64,000 bases of DNA. It comes from Alphaproteobacteria bacterium. GTDB taxonomy: Bacteria > Pseudomonadota > Alphaproteobacteria > UBA828. The notes beneath the pieces are model-generated. The model saw only the letters and a list, made by a program, of their open reading frames with translations, made no database searches and was not told the DNA's origin. The stretch's first letter is position 1, and each line of letters begins with the position of its first letter. Below are positions 52,480 through 62,225 of this stretch, in pieces. Made by a program: the position numbers and the translations under genes. The DNA lies in assembly GCA_963422645.2 (NCBI GenBank), contig CAXXVO010000002.1, positions 32,001 through 96,000 on the forward strand, given 5' to 3'.

Positions 52480-53418
52480 ATGATCGTCGTCTTCGGATCG
52501 ATCAACGCCGATCTCCTGTTCGCGGTCGACGCCCTGCCGCGTGCGGGCGAGACGGTGCTCTGCCCCGGCCATCGCGCCGTGGCCGGCGGCAAGGGCCTCA
52601 ATCAGGCGGTCGCCGCTGCCCAGGCGGCGACCGACCCGGCGGCCGCAGTGCAGATGGTCGGCCGCGTCGGCCCCGACGGCTTCGCCCCGCTCGCACTCCA
52701 AGCCCTGAAGGACGCCGGCGTCGGGATGGAGGCGATCACTGAGAGCGCGCTGCCGACCGGCTGCGCCGCGGTAATAGTTGACCGCATGGGCGAGAATCAG
52801 ATCACCGTGGCAAGCGGCGCCAACACGGACCTGCCGCCGGAGGCGCTGCCGGACGACTGGCTCGGGCCGGAGACGGTGCTCGTTCTACAGATGGAGGTCC
52901 CGCTGGAGTCGAACTGGGCGGTGGTGGAGCGGGCCAAGGCGCGGGGCGCCCGCGTCGTGCTCAATCTAGCCCCGGCCAAGCCGGTGCCGGCCGAACTGCT
53001 TCCCGAGTTGGACCTTGTTGTATTCAACGAGGTCGAGGCCGAGATGCTCGCCCGCGCGCGAGCACTGGATGCCGCCGCGGGCGAGGACACGGCTCGCGCC
53101 ATCGCTGCGCGCTATGGTGTGACGACGGTGGTGAGCCTGGGCAGCGCCGGCGCGGCGGCCTTCACGCCCAATGAGGCCTGGCGCTGCGGCGCGCTCGCGA
53201 TCGAACCCGTGGACACGGTGGGGGCCGGCGATGCCTTTGTCGCCGGCCTTGCGCTCGGGCTCGAAGCGGGTGCGGCGCTGCCCCCGATACTGCACCGAGC
53301 GAGCGTCATGGGCGGCCTCGCCTGCCTGCGTGGGGGCGCGGCACCCGCGATGCCGTCTGCAGCCGAGATCGAGGCGCGGCTCAGCGACCTTCCGCCCGCA
53401 GAGCCTATGGCGCTATGA
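52480..53418 (+). CDS. PfkB-family ribokinase-like kinase
   Basis: GSINAD, GGKGLNQA, GENQI, NEVE, DTVGAGDAF. Confidence 0.9.
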   Translation: MIVVFGSINADLLFAVDALPRAGETVLCPGHRAVAGGKGLNQAVAAAQAATDPAAAVQMVGRVGPDGFAPLALQALKDAGVGMEAITESALPTGCAAVIVDRMGENQITVASGANTDLPPEALPDDWLGPETVLVLQMEVPLESNWAVVERAKARGARVVLNLAPAKPVPAELLPELDLVVFNEVEAEMLARARALDAAAGEDTARAIAARYGVTTVVSLGSAGAAAFTPNEAWRCGALAIEPVDTVGAGDAFVAGLALGLEAGAALPPILHRASVMGGLACLRGGAAPAMPSAAEIEARLSDLPPAEPMAL

Positions 53419-54516
53419 CGAGGATACCTCGGCTGCGCGGTCTGGGAACAGCGTAAGCAGGCCCTTCTCGGAGGCTTCGCAGACGCCGCGATCGGTGATG
53501 AGCGCGGTCACGAGCCGCGCAGGTGTCACGTCGAAGGCGTAATTCGCCGCACGACTGCCGGGGGGCGTTAGCGACACCTTCGTTTCCTGGCCCGCCTCGT
53601 CGCGCCCGGTGATCGTCAGCACCTCGTCCTCGTCCCGCTGCTCGATGGGGGTGTCGGCGCCGTCCGCCAAGGACCAGTCGATGGTCGGATGGGGCAGTGC
53701 AACGTAGAAGGGGATGTCGTTGTCGCTGGCGGCGAGCGCCTTCAGATAGGTGCCGATCTTGTTGCAGACATCGCCGCGTGCGGTGGTGCGGTCGGTGCCG
53801 GTGATGCAGAGGTCGACCATGCCGCACTGCATCAGGTGACCGCCGGCGTTGTCCACGATCAACGTGTGCGGCACCCCGTGGCGCGCCAGCTCCCACGCTG
53901 TCAGCGCAGCGCCCTGGTTGCGCGGCCTGGTCTCGTCGACCCAGACGTGAACCGGAATGGCTTTGTCGTGAGCCATGTAAAGTGGCGCTAGCGCCGTGCC
54001 CCAGTCGACCGTGGCGAGCCAGCCGGCGTTGCAATGGGTGAGCACATTGACGGGGCTGTCCTTGCCCTCCGCCGCCTTTTCCACCAACGCGAGCCCGTTC
54101 TCTCCAATCGCCCGGTTGATGGCAACGTCCTCGTCACAAATCTCGCCCGCTCGCCGGTAGGCGGCGGCGGCGCGTTGCTCGGCAGCCAAGGGGCGGAGCC
54201 GGCGACCGAGATCCTCCAGCGCCCAGCGCAGGTTGACCGCTGTCGGCCGGGTCCCGGCCAAGAGCGTGATCGCGTTCTCCAGGTTCGCATCGCTCGGATC
54301 CTCTGAGAGCGCGAGGGCCACGCCGTAAGCCGCCGTCGCGCCGATCAGCGGCGCGCCGCGCACCACCATCGTGCTGATGGCATGCGCCGCCTCTTCGACC
54401 GTGTGGAGCCGGCGTGTCCCAAATCTGTGAGGAAGCCTCGTCTGGTCGATGACGATGACGGTGCGGCCGTCCTCGTCCAACCAGATACTCCTGTAGAGCC
54501 GGCCGTCGATTCTCAT
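53413..54516 (-). CDS. mtnA: S-methyl-5-thioribose-1-phosphate isomerase
   Basis: DQTRLP, MVVRGAPLIG, RPTAVNL, LTHCNAG.LA, DETRPRNQG, NKIGTY, FDVTP. Confidence 0.96.
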   Translation of the reverse strand: MRIDGRLYRSIWLDEDGRTVIVIDQTRLPHRFGTRRLHTVEEAAHAISTMVVRGAPLIGATAAYGVALALSEDPSDANLENAITLLAGTRPTAVNLRWALEDLGRRLRPLAAEQRAAAAYRRAGEICDEDVAINRAIGENGLALVEKAAEGKDSPVNVLTHCNAGWLATVDWGTALAPLYMAHDKAIPVHVWVDETRPRNQGAALTAWELARHGVPHTLIVDNAGGHLMQCGMVDLCITGTDRTTARGDVCNKIGTYLKALAASDNDIPFYVALPHPTIDWSLADGADTPIEQRDEDEVLTITGRDEAGQETKVSLTPPGSRAANYAFDVTPARLVTALITDRGVCEASEKGLLTLFPDRAAEVSSS

Positions 54517-55196
54517 TTGCCACCACCCGCCTTGGTCATCATATCGTAGCGTACCCGGTCGTGGGCCTCCACCGGGTCCACGCCCTGGCGTACGGCCTCG
54601 ATTATACCTTCCTCGATGTTCTTGAAGAGTGTCGCGTGCTCCAGCACCTCGGCCGCGCTGGCACGGGGGATGACGCAGACCCCGTTCTCGTCTGCGACGA
54701 CGATGTCGCCACGGTCGACCGGCACGCCGCCCAGACGCACGGGAATACCATAGCCGGCACAGGCGCAGCGGTTGCGGATCGACTGCTGGATGAAGCCCCG
54801 GCCGTAGACCGGCAGGTTGAGCGCCTTGTATTCGTCGATGTCGCGGGTGACGCCGTCGATCACCGTGCCGACGAGGCCGAAGTGCCGGGTGGTGAAGCCG
54901 GCGACGCCGCCATAGCTGTTCACGTCCATGCGCCCGCCCTGGTCGATCACCAGAACGTCGCCGGGGTTGCCCAGCTTCACCGCCTCCAGCGTGCCGAGCA
55001 CCGGCGATTCCTCCGCTTCGCCCACGGGCACCAGCTTCAGTGTCGCGGCGGGGCCCACGATCTTGGCGCAGCTGTCCCACAGCGGGCCGATGCCGTGCGG
55101 CGCGCCGGCGATCCCGGCCCGGTCGAGACCGTCCGACACGTTAGCGGTGGAAAGCCCTCGGTAACCCTCGACCAGTTCCTTGAGGTCGGCTGCCAT
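54513..55196 (-). CDS. RraA/HMG-aldolase family protein
   Basis: STANVSD, GPA.T, GDVLVID.GG, DG.TRD, GDIVVADENGV. Confidence 0.85.
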   Translation of the reverse strand: MAADLKELVEGYRGLSTANVSDGLDRAGIAGAPHGIGPLWDSCAKIVGPAATLKLVPVGEAEESPVLGTLEAVKLGNPGDVLVIDQGGRMDVNSYGGVAGFTTRHFGLVGTVIDGVTRDIDEYKALNLPVYGRGFIQQSIRNRCACAGYGIPVRLGGVPVDRGDIVVADENGVCVIPRASAAEVLEHATLFKNIEEGIIEAVRQGVDPVEAHDRVRYDMMTKAGGGK

Positions 55197-55207
55197 GGTT
55201 GCTCTCA

Positions 55208-56143
55208 CTACGAATTCTGCGGCGTCTCGAAGCCCGTTTCCTTGGCCCGGATCAGCGCCGAGACGAGCGTGTTGTAGGGCGCTTCCAGGCCGAGCGCCAG
55301 AGCCTCCGGCGGGATCGCGCCGTTGATCGCGTCGATCTCCGAAGGGCGACCGGCGAGATGATCCAGCAGCATCGAGGGGCGAGCACCGGGGATCTTGGCG
55401 CCGAAGTCGTGCACGTAGGCGACCGGGTCCTCGAAATCGAGCCGGATGCCCTTGGCGCGCGCGACACGATAGGCCTCCGTGGCGCAGCCGGAGGCGATAG
55501 GCCAGGCGGCGGCGTCCGCCATGATCTTGCCCACAGTCAGCCCCGTCAGCGTCGCCGTGCCGCTGTAGCAGACGTTGCAAATGAGCTTCTCCCAGACGAG
55601 CTGGTCGATATCGTCGAAGCATTTGACCCTGAAGCCCGACTCCTGCCAGAGTGCGGCGATGCGCTCGAGCCTTGGCGTCACCGCACCATGCGCCTCACCG
55701 AGCCGGACCAGCTCCATGCCGTTGTGGTGGGCGTGGCCCGGCGCCACGATCGAGGCGCCGAAGCCCCCGACCACGCCGACGATGACGCGCTCCTCGCCCA
55801 GGATGCGGGCCACCTTCGCGGCGCTGCCGAGGCCGTTCTGGATGGTCAGCACCGGGGTCTCGGGGCCGAGCAGGGCGCGTGCGCCGGCGGCTGCAGTCTC
55901 CACCTGCGGCGCCTTGGTCGCGACGATGACGAGGTCGCAGGCGCCAACGGTCGCAGGGTCGCTAGTCGCACCCAGTGTTACCGTTCGGTCACCGCTCGCA
56001 CCTTCGAGCCGGAGCCCCTTTGTGGCGATCGCGTCGACATGCGCCTGCCAAGTGTCGACCGCCCAGACCTCGTTGCCGGCATCGGCCATGAGCGCCGCAT
56101 AGACGCAGCCCATGGCGCCGGCGCCAACGATTCCGATCTTCAT
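55208..56143 (-). CDS. panE: 2-dehydropantoate 2-reductase family
   Basis: GAGAMG, TKA, QNG, WEKL..N, SML.D...GR.SEIDAING. Confidence 0.88.
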   Translation of the reverse strand: MKIGIVGAGAMGCVYAALMADAGNEVWAVDTWQAHVDAIATKGLRLEGASGDRTVTLGATSDPATVGACDLVIVATKAPQVETAAAGARALLGPETPVLTIQNGLGSAAKVARILGEERVIVGVVGGFGASIVAPGHAHHNGMELVRLGEAHGAVTPRLERIAALWQESGFRVKCFDDIDQLVWEKLICNVCYSGTATLTGLTVGKIMADAAAWPIASGCATEAYRVARAKGIRLDFEDPVAYVHDFGAKIPGARPSMLLDHLAGRPSEIDAINGAIPPEALALGLEAPYNTLVSALIRAKETGFETPQNS

Positions 56144-56163
56144 GGCTCGATGCTCCGTTGGTT

Positions 56164-56898
56164 TCAGCCGCGGGCGGGAGCGCCTGACGCTGGGCCGATG
56201 CGCACGCCGTGCTGCTGGCAGGACGCTTCGGCCAGCGAGACGAACGGCTCGGTCACCTCATCCGGCGCGGGCAGCTTGCTCGCATCTTCGCCCGGATAGG
56301 CGCGGCGGCGGAGCTCCGTTGCCACCGGGCCAGGGTCGAGCAGGTTTACCCGGAGCGCGCTGCGCCGGGTTTCCGCCGCATAGCAGCGCACCAGCGCCTC
56401 AAGTCCGGCCTTGCTCGCCGCGTAGGGACCCCAGAAGGCGGGCGCGGTCCCGGCTGCAGCGGCGGTGACGAAGATCGCCCGGCCCGCAGGCGAGGCCCGA
56501 AGGAGCGGGTCGAGGCTGCGGATCAAGCGCCAGTTGGCACCGAGGTTGAGCGCAAGCGTCTGTTCCCAGTCCTCGGGCGCGTAGTGCCCCACCGGGCTCA
56601 ACTGCCCCAACGTGCCGGCGTTGGCGACGAGGATATCCAGGCGGCCGAAGCGCGCGGCCAGCGCGCCACCCAGCCGGTCGATCTGCTCGCCGTCGCGCAG
56701 GTCCATCGGCACCAGCGTCGCGGGCTCGCCCGATGCGCGCTGCACGGCGTCGTCCACCTCCTCCAGCCCGCCCGTGGTACGGGCAACGAGGATGAGCCGC
56801 GCGCCTTCGGCGGCGAAGCGGCGAGCGACAGCCGCGCCAATGCCGCGCGAGGCACCGGTCACGAGCGCGATCCGGCCTTCGAGGCGCGGCGGCGCCAC
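56164..56898 (-). CDS. SDR oxidoreductase (YciK-like)
   Basis: TGASRGIG, NAG, YAASK. Usual position after purF. Confidence 0.9.
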   Translation of the reverse strand: MAPPRLEGRIALVTGASRGIGAAVARRFAAEGARLILVARTTGGLEEVDDAVQRASGEPATLVPMDLRDGEQIDRLGGALAARFGRLDILVANAGTLGQLSPVGHYAPEDWEQTLALNLGANWRLIRSLDPLLRASPAGRAIFVTAAAAGTAPAFWGPYAASKAGLEALVRCYAAETRRSALRVNLLDPGPVATELRRRAYPGEDASKLPAPDEVTEPFVSLAEASCQQHGVRIGPASGAPARG

Positions 56899-56906
56899 GG
56901 CGGCGC

Positions 56907-58385
56907 CTACCCTGAATCCGCCAGCAGGGAGAGCTGCGCAGGCGGCTCGCCAACCTGTTGATCGGAAAGCGGGATCGGATAGTCGCCGGAGAAGCAGGCG
57001 TCGCAGTAGCGCGGACGCGCCGGGTCACGCCCCGGCTCGCCCATCGCCCGGTAGAGCCCGTCGATCGTGAGGAAGGCGAGGCTGTCGACTCCGATGGAGC
57101 GCGCCATGGCGTCCACGTCGTACCGCGCGGCGAGCAGCTTCTCGCGCGCCGGCGTATCGACGCCATAGAAGCAAGAATGGGCGGTCGGCGGGCTCGCGAT
57201 CCGCATGTGGACCGTTGCCGCGCCTGCCGCACGCACCATCTCCACGATCTTGGTGGAGGTGGTGCCGCGCACGATGCTGTCGTCGACGAGCACGACCCGC
57301 CGGCCTTCGATGACGCTGCGATTGGCGTTGTGCTTGAGCTTGACGCCGAGGTGCCTGATCCGGTCCGTCGGCTCGATGAAGGTGCGCCCGATGTAGTGGT
57401 TGCGAATGATGCCGAGCTCGAAGGGCAGGCCGGCTTGCGCGGCATAGCCGATCGCCGCTGGCACGCCCGAATCGGGCACCGGCACCACCACGTCGGCAGG
57501 TGCCGGCGCCTCTCGGGCGAGCTCGGCGCCGATTCGCTGCCTGGCCTCGTAGACGCCGATCCCTTCGGAGACGCTGTCGGGCCGCGCGAAGTAGATGTAT
57601 TCGAATATGCAGAATCTCTGCTGGGTGGGGCGGAAGGGCCTGATGCTCTCCACCCCTGCTCTCGAAATGATGACCAACTCGCCCGGCTCGATGTCGCGCA
57701 CGTACTGGGCGCCGATGATGTCGAACGCCACCGTCTCCGACGCCAGAATCATGGCGCCGTCGAGCTGGCCCAGCACCAAGGGGCGCACGCCGTAAGGGTC
57801 GCGCACGCCGATCAGCGAGTCCTTGGTCAGCGCCACCAGCGAATAGGCGCCCCGCACCCGGCCCAGCGCCTCGATCACGCGCTCCACCACGCGCGGGCGC
57901 CGACTGATGGCGATCAGGTGGACGATCACCTCGGTATCGGAGGTGGATTGGAATATGCAGCCATGGTTGACGAGACCGGCGCGCAGCGAGAGCGCGTTGG
58001 TCAGGTTGCCGTTGTGCGCGATGCTGAGCCCGCCGAAGGCGAGGTCGGCGAAGAGTGGCTGAATGTTGCGCACCTCGGGCGCGCCCAGGGTGGAATAGCG
58101 GTTGTGACCGATTGCGGCGCGACCTTCCAGCGCGTCGATTACCTCGCCCGAAGAGAAGATGTCCCCGACTCGCCCAAGCGCCCGGTGCGAATGGAAGAGT
58201 GTGCCGTCCGTGCTGACGATGCCGGCCGATTCCTGCCCCCGATGCTGCAGCGCGTGCAGGCCGAGCGCCGCATGGGCGGCGGCGTCGGGGTGCCCGAAGA
58301 TGCCGAAGACCCCGCACTCCTCCCGCAATTTGTCGTCTTCCGGCGCAATGCCCGCCGACACGATGTGAGGTTCGCCTGCCGCCAT
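56907..58385 (-). CDS. purF: Amidophosphoribosyltransferase
   Basis: EECGVFG, LQHRGQE, HNRYST, HNGN, VVLVDDSIVRGTT, CFYG. Confidence 0.98.
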   Translation of the reverse strand: MAAGEPHIVSAGIAPEDDKLREECGVFGIFGHPDAAAHAALGLHALQHRGQESAGIVSTDGTLFHSHRALGRVGDIFSSGEVIDALEGRAAIGHNRYSTLGAPEVRNIQPLFADLAFGGLSIAHNGNLTNALSLRAGLVNHGCIFQSTSDTEVIVHLIAISRRPRVVERVIEALGRVRGAYSLVALTKDSLIGVRDPYGVRPLVLGQLDGAMILASETVAFDIIGAQYVRDIEPGELVIISRAGVESIRPFRPTQQRFCIFEYIYFARPDSVSEGIGVYEARQRIGAELAREAPAPADVVVPVPDSGVPAAIGYAAQAGLPFELGIIRNHYIGRTFIEPTDRIRHLGVKLKHNANRSVIEGRRVVLVDDSIVRGTTSTKIVEMVRAAGAATVHMRIASPPTAHSCFYGVDTPAREKLLAARYDVDAMARSIGVDSLAFLTIDGLYRAMGEPGRDPARPRYCDACFSGDYPIPLSDQQVGEPPAQLSLLADSG

Positions 58386-59047
58386 CACTCGACGCTTTCG
58401 CTCAAGCCGTCGAGCTGGTTGCGCTCGCGGTCGCTGTAGCCGGTCTCGCCGTCCTCTTCGCTCCGCTCGACGGGCACGGGCTCGGTCAGCTCCTTCACGC
58501 TTCGCTCCCGGCCATCCTCGAAGGTCTCCTCGATGTGTCGGGTGCCTTCCTCGGCGACCTCCTCGGGAACCACCTCGCGCAACGCGGCGACGCCCTGCTT
58601 GATATACGGCAAGGTCCGGGCCTCGTCGACCCAGGGCGGCCAATCGCTTTGCTGCACCACCGAGCCGAACAGCATGTAGGCGATGCAGACCAGCGCCGCA
58701 CCGCGCAGGATGCCGAAGATGAATCCGAGAGTGCGGTCCAGCGCCCCGCCGCGGCTCCGCTGGATGCGGCCGGAGATGATCTGGTTGATGATCGTGAGGA
58801 TCACCAGCACGACGACGAAGACCGCGACGCCTGCGACCACATCCGCGATCAGCATGGAGTCGGGGATCAGGTCGCGGGCGATGGGCCTTGCATGGGGGAA
58901 GGCAAAGAAGGTCGCAATACCCGCGCCGACCCAGGCGCCGATGCCGAGAATCTCTCGCGCTGCCCCTCGGCCGAAGGCGAGCAGCGCCGAGATGATGATG
59001 ATCAGCGCCACCAGAATGTCGATTAGATTGACCGGCAGGTCTTCCAT
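58385..59047 (-). CDS. cvpA: CvpA family membrane protein
   Basis: NLID, RG..REI, DRTLGFIFG..RG. Lies between radA and purF. Confidence 0.9.
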   Translation of the reverse strand: MEDLPVNLIDILVALIIIISALLAFGRGAAREILGIGAWVGAGIATFFAFPHARPIARDLIPDSMLIADVVAGVAVFVVVLVILTIINQIISGRIQRSRGGALDRTLGFIFGILRGAALVCIAYMLFGSVVQQSDWPPWVDEARTLPYIKQGVAALREVVPEEVAEEGTRHIEETFEDGRERSVKELTEPVPVERSEEDGETGYSDRERNQLDGLSESVE

Positions 59048-59060
59048 TCTCTCGCGATCG

Positions 59061-60446
59061 TCAAGCCATGGGCGTCGCCGGGGGGAAGAGCGCCACCAGG
59101 TCGCGCACATGGGTGAGCCGCCGAACCGTGATCCCCTGGCCCACTCCCTCGCCTCCCTTGGCGCGGTCCGGCACAGGTGCAAGCGCATGGGTAAAGCCGA
59201 GCTTCGCGGCCTCCTTGAGGCGCGCCTCGCCCTGACTTACCGGCCGGACCTCACCGGCGAGACCCACTTCGCCGAAGATGACCGCGCCGTGATCTAGCAC
59301 GCGGTCCGCTGCCGATGAGGCGAGCGCGGCGGCAACCGCGAGGTCCGCCGCGGGCTCGGTGATACGCAAGCCGCCGGCGACGTTGAGATAGACGTCGCAG
59401 ACGCTGAGCCGGAGCCCCGCGCGGGCCTCCAGCACGGCGAGCACCATGGCGAGGCGGCCCGCGTCCCAGCCCACCACGGTGCGGCGGGGCGAGCCCGCCG
59501 GCCCCGGCGCCACCAGGGCCTGAATCTCGACCAGGACCGGCCGCGAGCCTTCGACGCCGGCGAACACCGCAGCTCCCGGCACGGGGCCCCGCTCGGGGTC
59601 CACGAACAGGCTCGACGGGTTGGGGATCTCCACGAGGCCGCGGTCGGTCATCTCGAAGACGCCGATCTCGTCGGTCGGCCCGAAGCGGTTCTTGATGGCG
59701 CGCACGATGCGGAACTGGTGGCCGCGCTCGCCCTCGAAATAGAGCACGCAGTCCACCATGTGCTCGAGCACGCGGGGGCCCGCGATCTGCCCCTCCTTGG
59801 TGACGTGGCCGACGAGCACCAGGACAGTGCCGGTGCGCTTGGCGAGCCGGATCAGCTCCTGGGCGGAGCCACGCACCTGAGCGACCGTCCCCGGCGCCGA
59901 ATCTAGGGTGTCGAGATACATGGTCTGGATCGAATCGATCACCACCATGTCGGGCGGCGTCTCGTCCTCCACGCTGGTTACGACATCGCGTACGTCGATG
60001 GCCGCCGCGAGCCCCACCGGTGCACCGGCGAGGCCGAGCCGGGCTGCGCGCATGCGGATCTGCTCCAGGCCCTCTTCGCCCGAGATGTAGGCGATCCGCC
60101 CGCCGCGCCCGGCCAAGGCTGCTGCCGCCTGCAGCAGGAGGGTCGACTTGCCGATGCCCGGATCGCCCGCAAGCAGGACCACCGATCCCGGCACGAAGCC
60201 GCCGCCCACGACCCGATCGATCTCGCCAATGCCGCAGGGCCGCCGGGCGAGCACGCCGCCCGGCCCGTCGAGGGGCAGAAAGTCGATGACCCGGCCCTTG
60301 CCGCCGCCCAGGCCGCGCGGCGGTGCGGTGCGCGGCATCTCCTCGGAGATACTGTTCCAGGCGCCGCAGGCGTCGCAGCGGCCGGCCCAACGCGGCCGGG
60401 CGGCGCCGCAATCGTTACAGATAAAGCGCTTTTCTGCCCGTGCCAT
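59061..60446 (-). CDS. radA: DNA repair protein RadA/Sms
   Basis: C..C/C..C, GDPGIGKST, KNRFG, Lon-like C-terminus. Confidence 0.97.
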   Translation of the reverse strand: MARAEKRFICNDCGAARPRWAGRCDACGAWNSISEEMPRTAPPRGLGGGKGRVIDFLPLDGPGGVLARRPCGIGEIDRVVGGGFVPGSVVLLAGDPGIGKSTLLLQAAAALAGRGGRIAYISGEEGLEQIRMRAARLGLAGAPVGLAAAIDVRDVVTSVEDETPPDMVVIDSIQTMYLDTLDSAPGTVAQVRGSAQELIRLAKRTGTVLVLVGHVTKEGQIAGPRVLEHMVDCVLYFEGERGHQFRIVRAIKNRFGPTDEIGVFEMTDRGLVEIPNPSSLFVDPERGPVPGAAVFAGVEGSRPVLVEIQALVAPGPAGSPRRTVVGWDAGRLAMVLAVLEARAGLRLSVCDVYLNVAGGLRITEPAADLAVAAALASSAADRVLDHGAVIFGEVGLAGEVRPVSQGEARLKEAAKLGFTHALAPVPDRAKGGEGVGQGITVRRLTHVRDLVALFPPATPMA

Positions 60447-60488
60447 AAACTCTCTTATCCAGCCCGCAGCGTCGGCGCAGCGCGCCGC

Positions 60489-61304
60489 TTAGCCCGCCGC
60501 GGCATGGGCGACCGCGAGCTGAATCGGCCCCTCAGACCGTCCGTTGATGAACTGCTGCACATGCTCATTCCCGCTGATGTCGATCTCGCCGGCAGGCCCC
60601 TGCCAGATGATCGTGCCGTCGTGGATCATCGCGATCCGGTCGGCAATCTTGCGAGCGCTCCTCATGTCGTGGGTGATGGTGAGCGTGGTCGCGCCGAGCT
60701 CGTGCGTGCAGGCGACGATCAGGTCGTCGATGACATCGGCCATGATCGGGTCGAGCCCCGTCGTCGGCTCGTCGAAGAGGATGATCTCGGGCTTGGTTGC
60801 GATCGCGCGGGCGAGCCCCACCCGCTTGCGCATCCCGCCGGAGAGCGCGGCGGGGTAGAGGTCGGCCGAGTCCGCGTCGAGGCCCACCTGGGCCAGGGTC
60901 TTGATGGCGACCCCACGTGCCTCCCGACGAGGCATGCCCTGCGCCTGGATCAGGCCAAAGGCGACGTTCTCCCACACCGAGAGGCTGTCGAAGAGCGCTG
61001 CGTTCTGGAACAGCATGCCGATCTTGCGCATGGCGTCCTCGCGAACCCTGCGGTTGCGGGAGGTCTCCTCGCCTTCGATGGTCACGCTGCCGGCGTCTGG
61101 GCGCAGCAGGCCGAGCAGGCACTTGAGCATGACCGACTTGCCGACCCCGGAGCAGCCGATGACCACCACCGATTCCCCGGTTCCGATCTCGAGGTCGAGG
61201 CCGTCGAGCACCACCGCGCCGCCGAACGTCTTGTGCAGGCCGCGCAGGGCGATCTTGGGCTGGTTGGTGCCGTGCCCCTTGTGAGCGCTCACCGGCGTGC
61301 TCAT
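60489..61304 (-). CDS. mlaF: MlaF-like ABC ATPase
   Basis: GCSGVGKS, LSGGMRKRV, DEPTTGLDP. Confidence 0.88.
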   Translation of the reverse strand: MSTPVSAHKGHGTNQPKIALRGLHKTFGGAVVLDGLDLEIGTGESVVVIGCSGVGKSVMLKCLLGLLRPDAGSVTIEGEETSRNRRVREDAMRKIGMLFQNAALFDSLSVWENVAFGLIQAQGMPRREARGVAIKTLAQVGLDADSADLYPAALSGGMRKRVGLARAIATKPEIILFDEPTTGLDPIMADVIDDLIVACTHELGATTLTITHDMRSARKIADRIAMIHDGTIIWQGPAGEIDISGNEHVQQFINGRSEGPIQLAVAHAAAG

Positions 61305-62080
61305 TGGGCGAAGAACGCTTCGGTAATGATGTAGTTGAAGATCAGCACCAGGATCGCGCCGGTCACGACAGCGTTGGTGGTGGCCTTGCCCACGCCCTGG
61401 GCGCCACCCTTGGAGTGGAAGCCGTGGTAGCAGCCCATCAGCGCGATCAGGTATCCGAAGACGGCGGCTTTGACGACGCCCGAAGCCACGTCCATTACTT
61501 CCAGATATTCGAGGGTGTTGTTGATATAGGCATCCGGGTTAAAGCCGAGCTTGAAGACGCTCACCAGATAGCCACCGCCCACGCCGATGATGTCGGTGAC
61601 GATGACCAGGAACGGGAGCATCAGAAAGCCGGCGACGAGGCGCGGCACGATCAGGTACTTGTGCGGATTGGTGGACAGCGTGGTGAGCGCGTCGATCTGT
61701 TCGGTGACCCGCATGGTGCCGATTTCCGCCGCCATCGCGGCGCCGACCCGGCCCGCGACCATGAGCCCAGCCAGCACCGGCCCGAGCTCGCGGGTGATCG
61801 AGAGCACCACGACGGTGGGGATCGTGCTCTCGGCCGAGAAGCGGGAGAAGCCGGTGTAGCTCTGCAGCGCCAGCACCATGCCGGCAAAGAGGCCGGTCAG
61901 CCCCACCACCGGCAGCGAGTAGAAGCCGATCTCGACCATCTGGCGCAGGAGAAGGCGCGGATAGAAGGGTGGCCTCGCGCAGTGCGAGGTTGCTTCGAGC
62001 GCGAAGAGGGAGAGCCGCCCGATGGCCCCGAACAGCGCCAGGACGCCATGGCCGATCGCCTGTAGCGGATTGCTCTTCAC
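61301..62080 (-). CDS. mlaE: MlaE-family permease
   Basis: RELGPVL, GRVG..MAAEIGTMRVTEQIDAL, GVGKATT.AVV. Confidence 0.92.
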   Translation of the reverse strand: MKSNPLQAIGHGVLALFGAIGRLSLFALEATSHCARPPFYPRLLLRQMVEIGFYSLPVVGLTGLFAGMVLALQSYTGFSRFSAESTIPTVVVLSITRELGPVLAGLMVAGRVGAAMAAEIGTMRVTEQIDALTTLSTNPHKYLIVPRLVAGFLMLPFLVIVTDIIGVGGGYLVSVFKLGFNPDAYINNTLEYLEVMDVASGVVKAAVFGYLIALMGCYHGFHSKGGAQGVGKATTNAVVTGAILVLIFNYIITEAFFAQ

Positions 62081-62225
62081 GCAGCGTTCCCGTTGATGAC
62101 GCCTCCGGGCCGACCCGCCCTGGCTGCGACTCGGCGCCAAGCGCGGGGAACTCTAGTCAACGAGTCGGCTGCGGTAAACGCGTTGAGGCCGAATGCCTTT
62201 CTTCTGCTCAAGCGGGTTTCGATCC

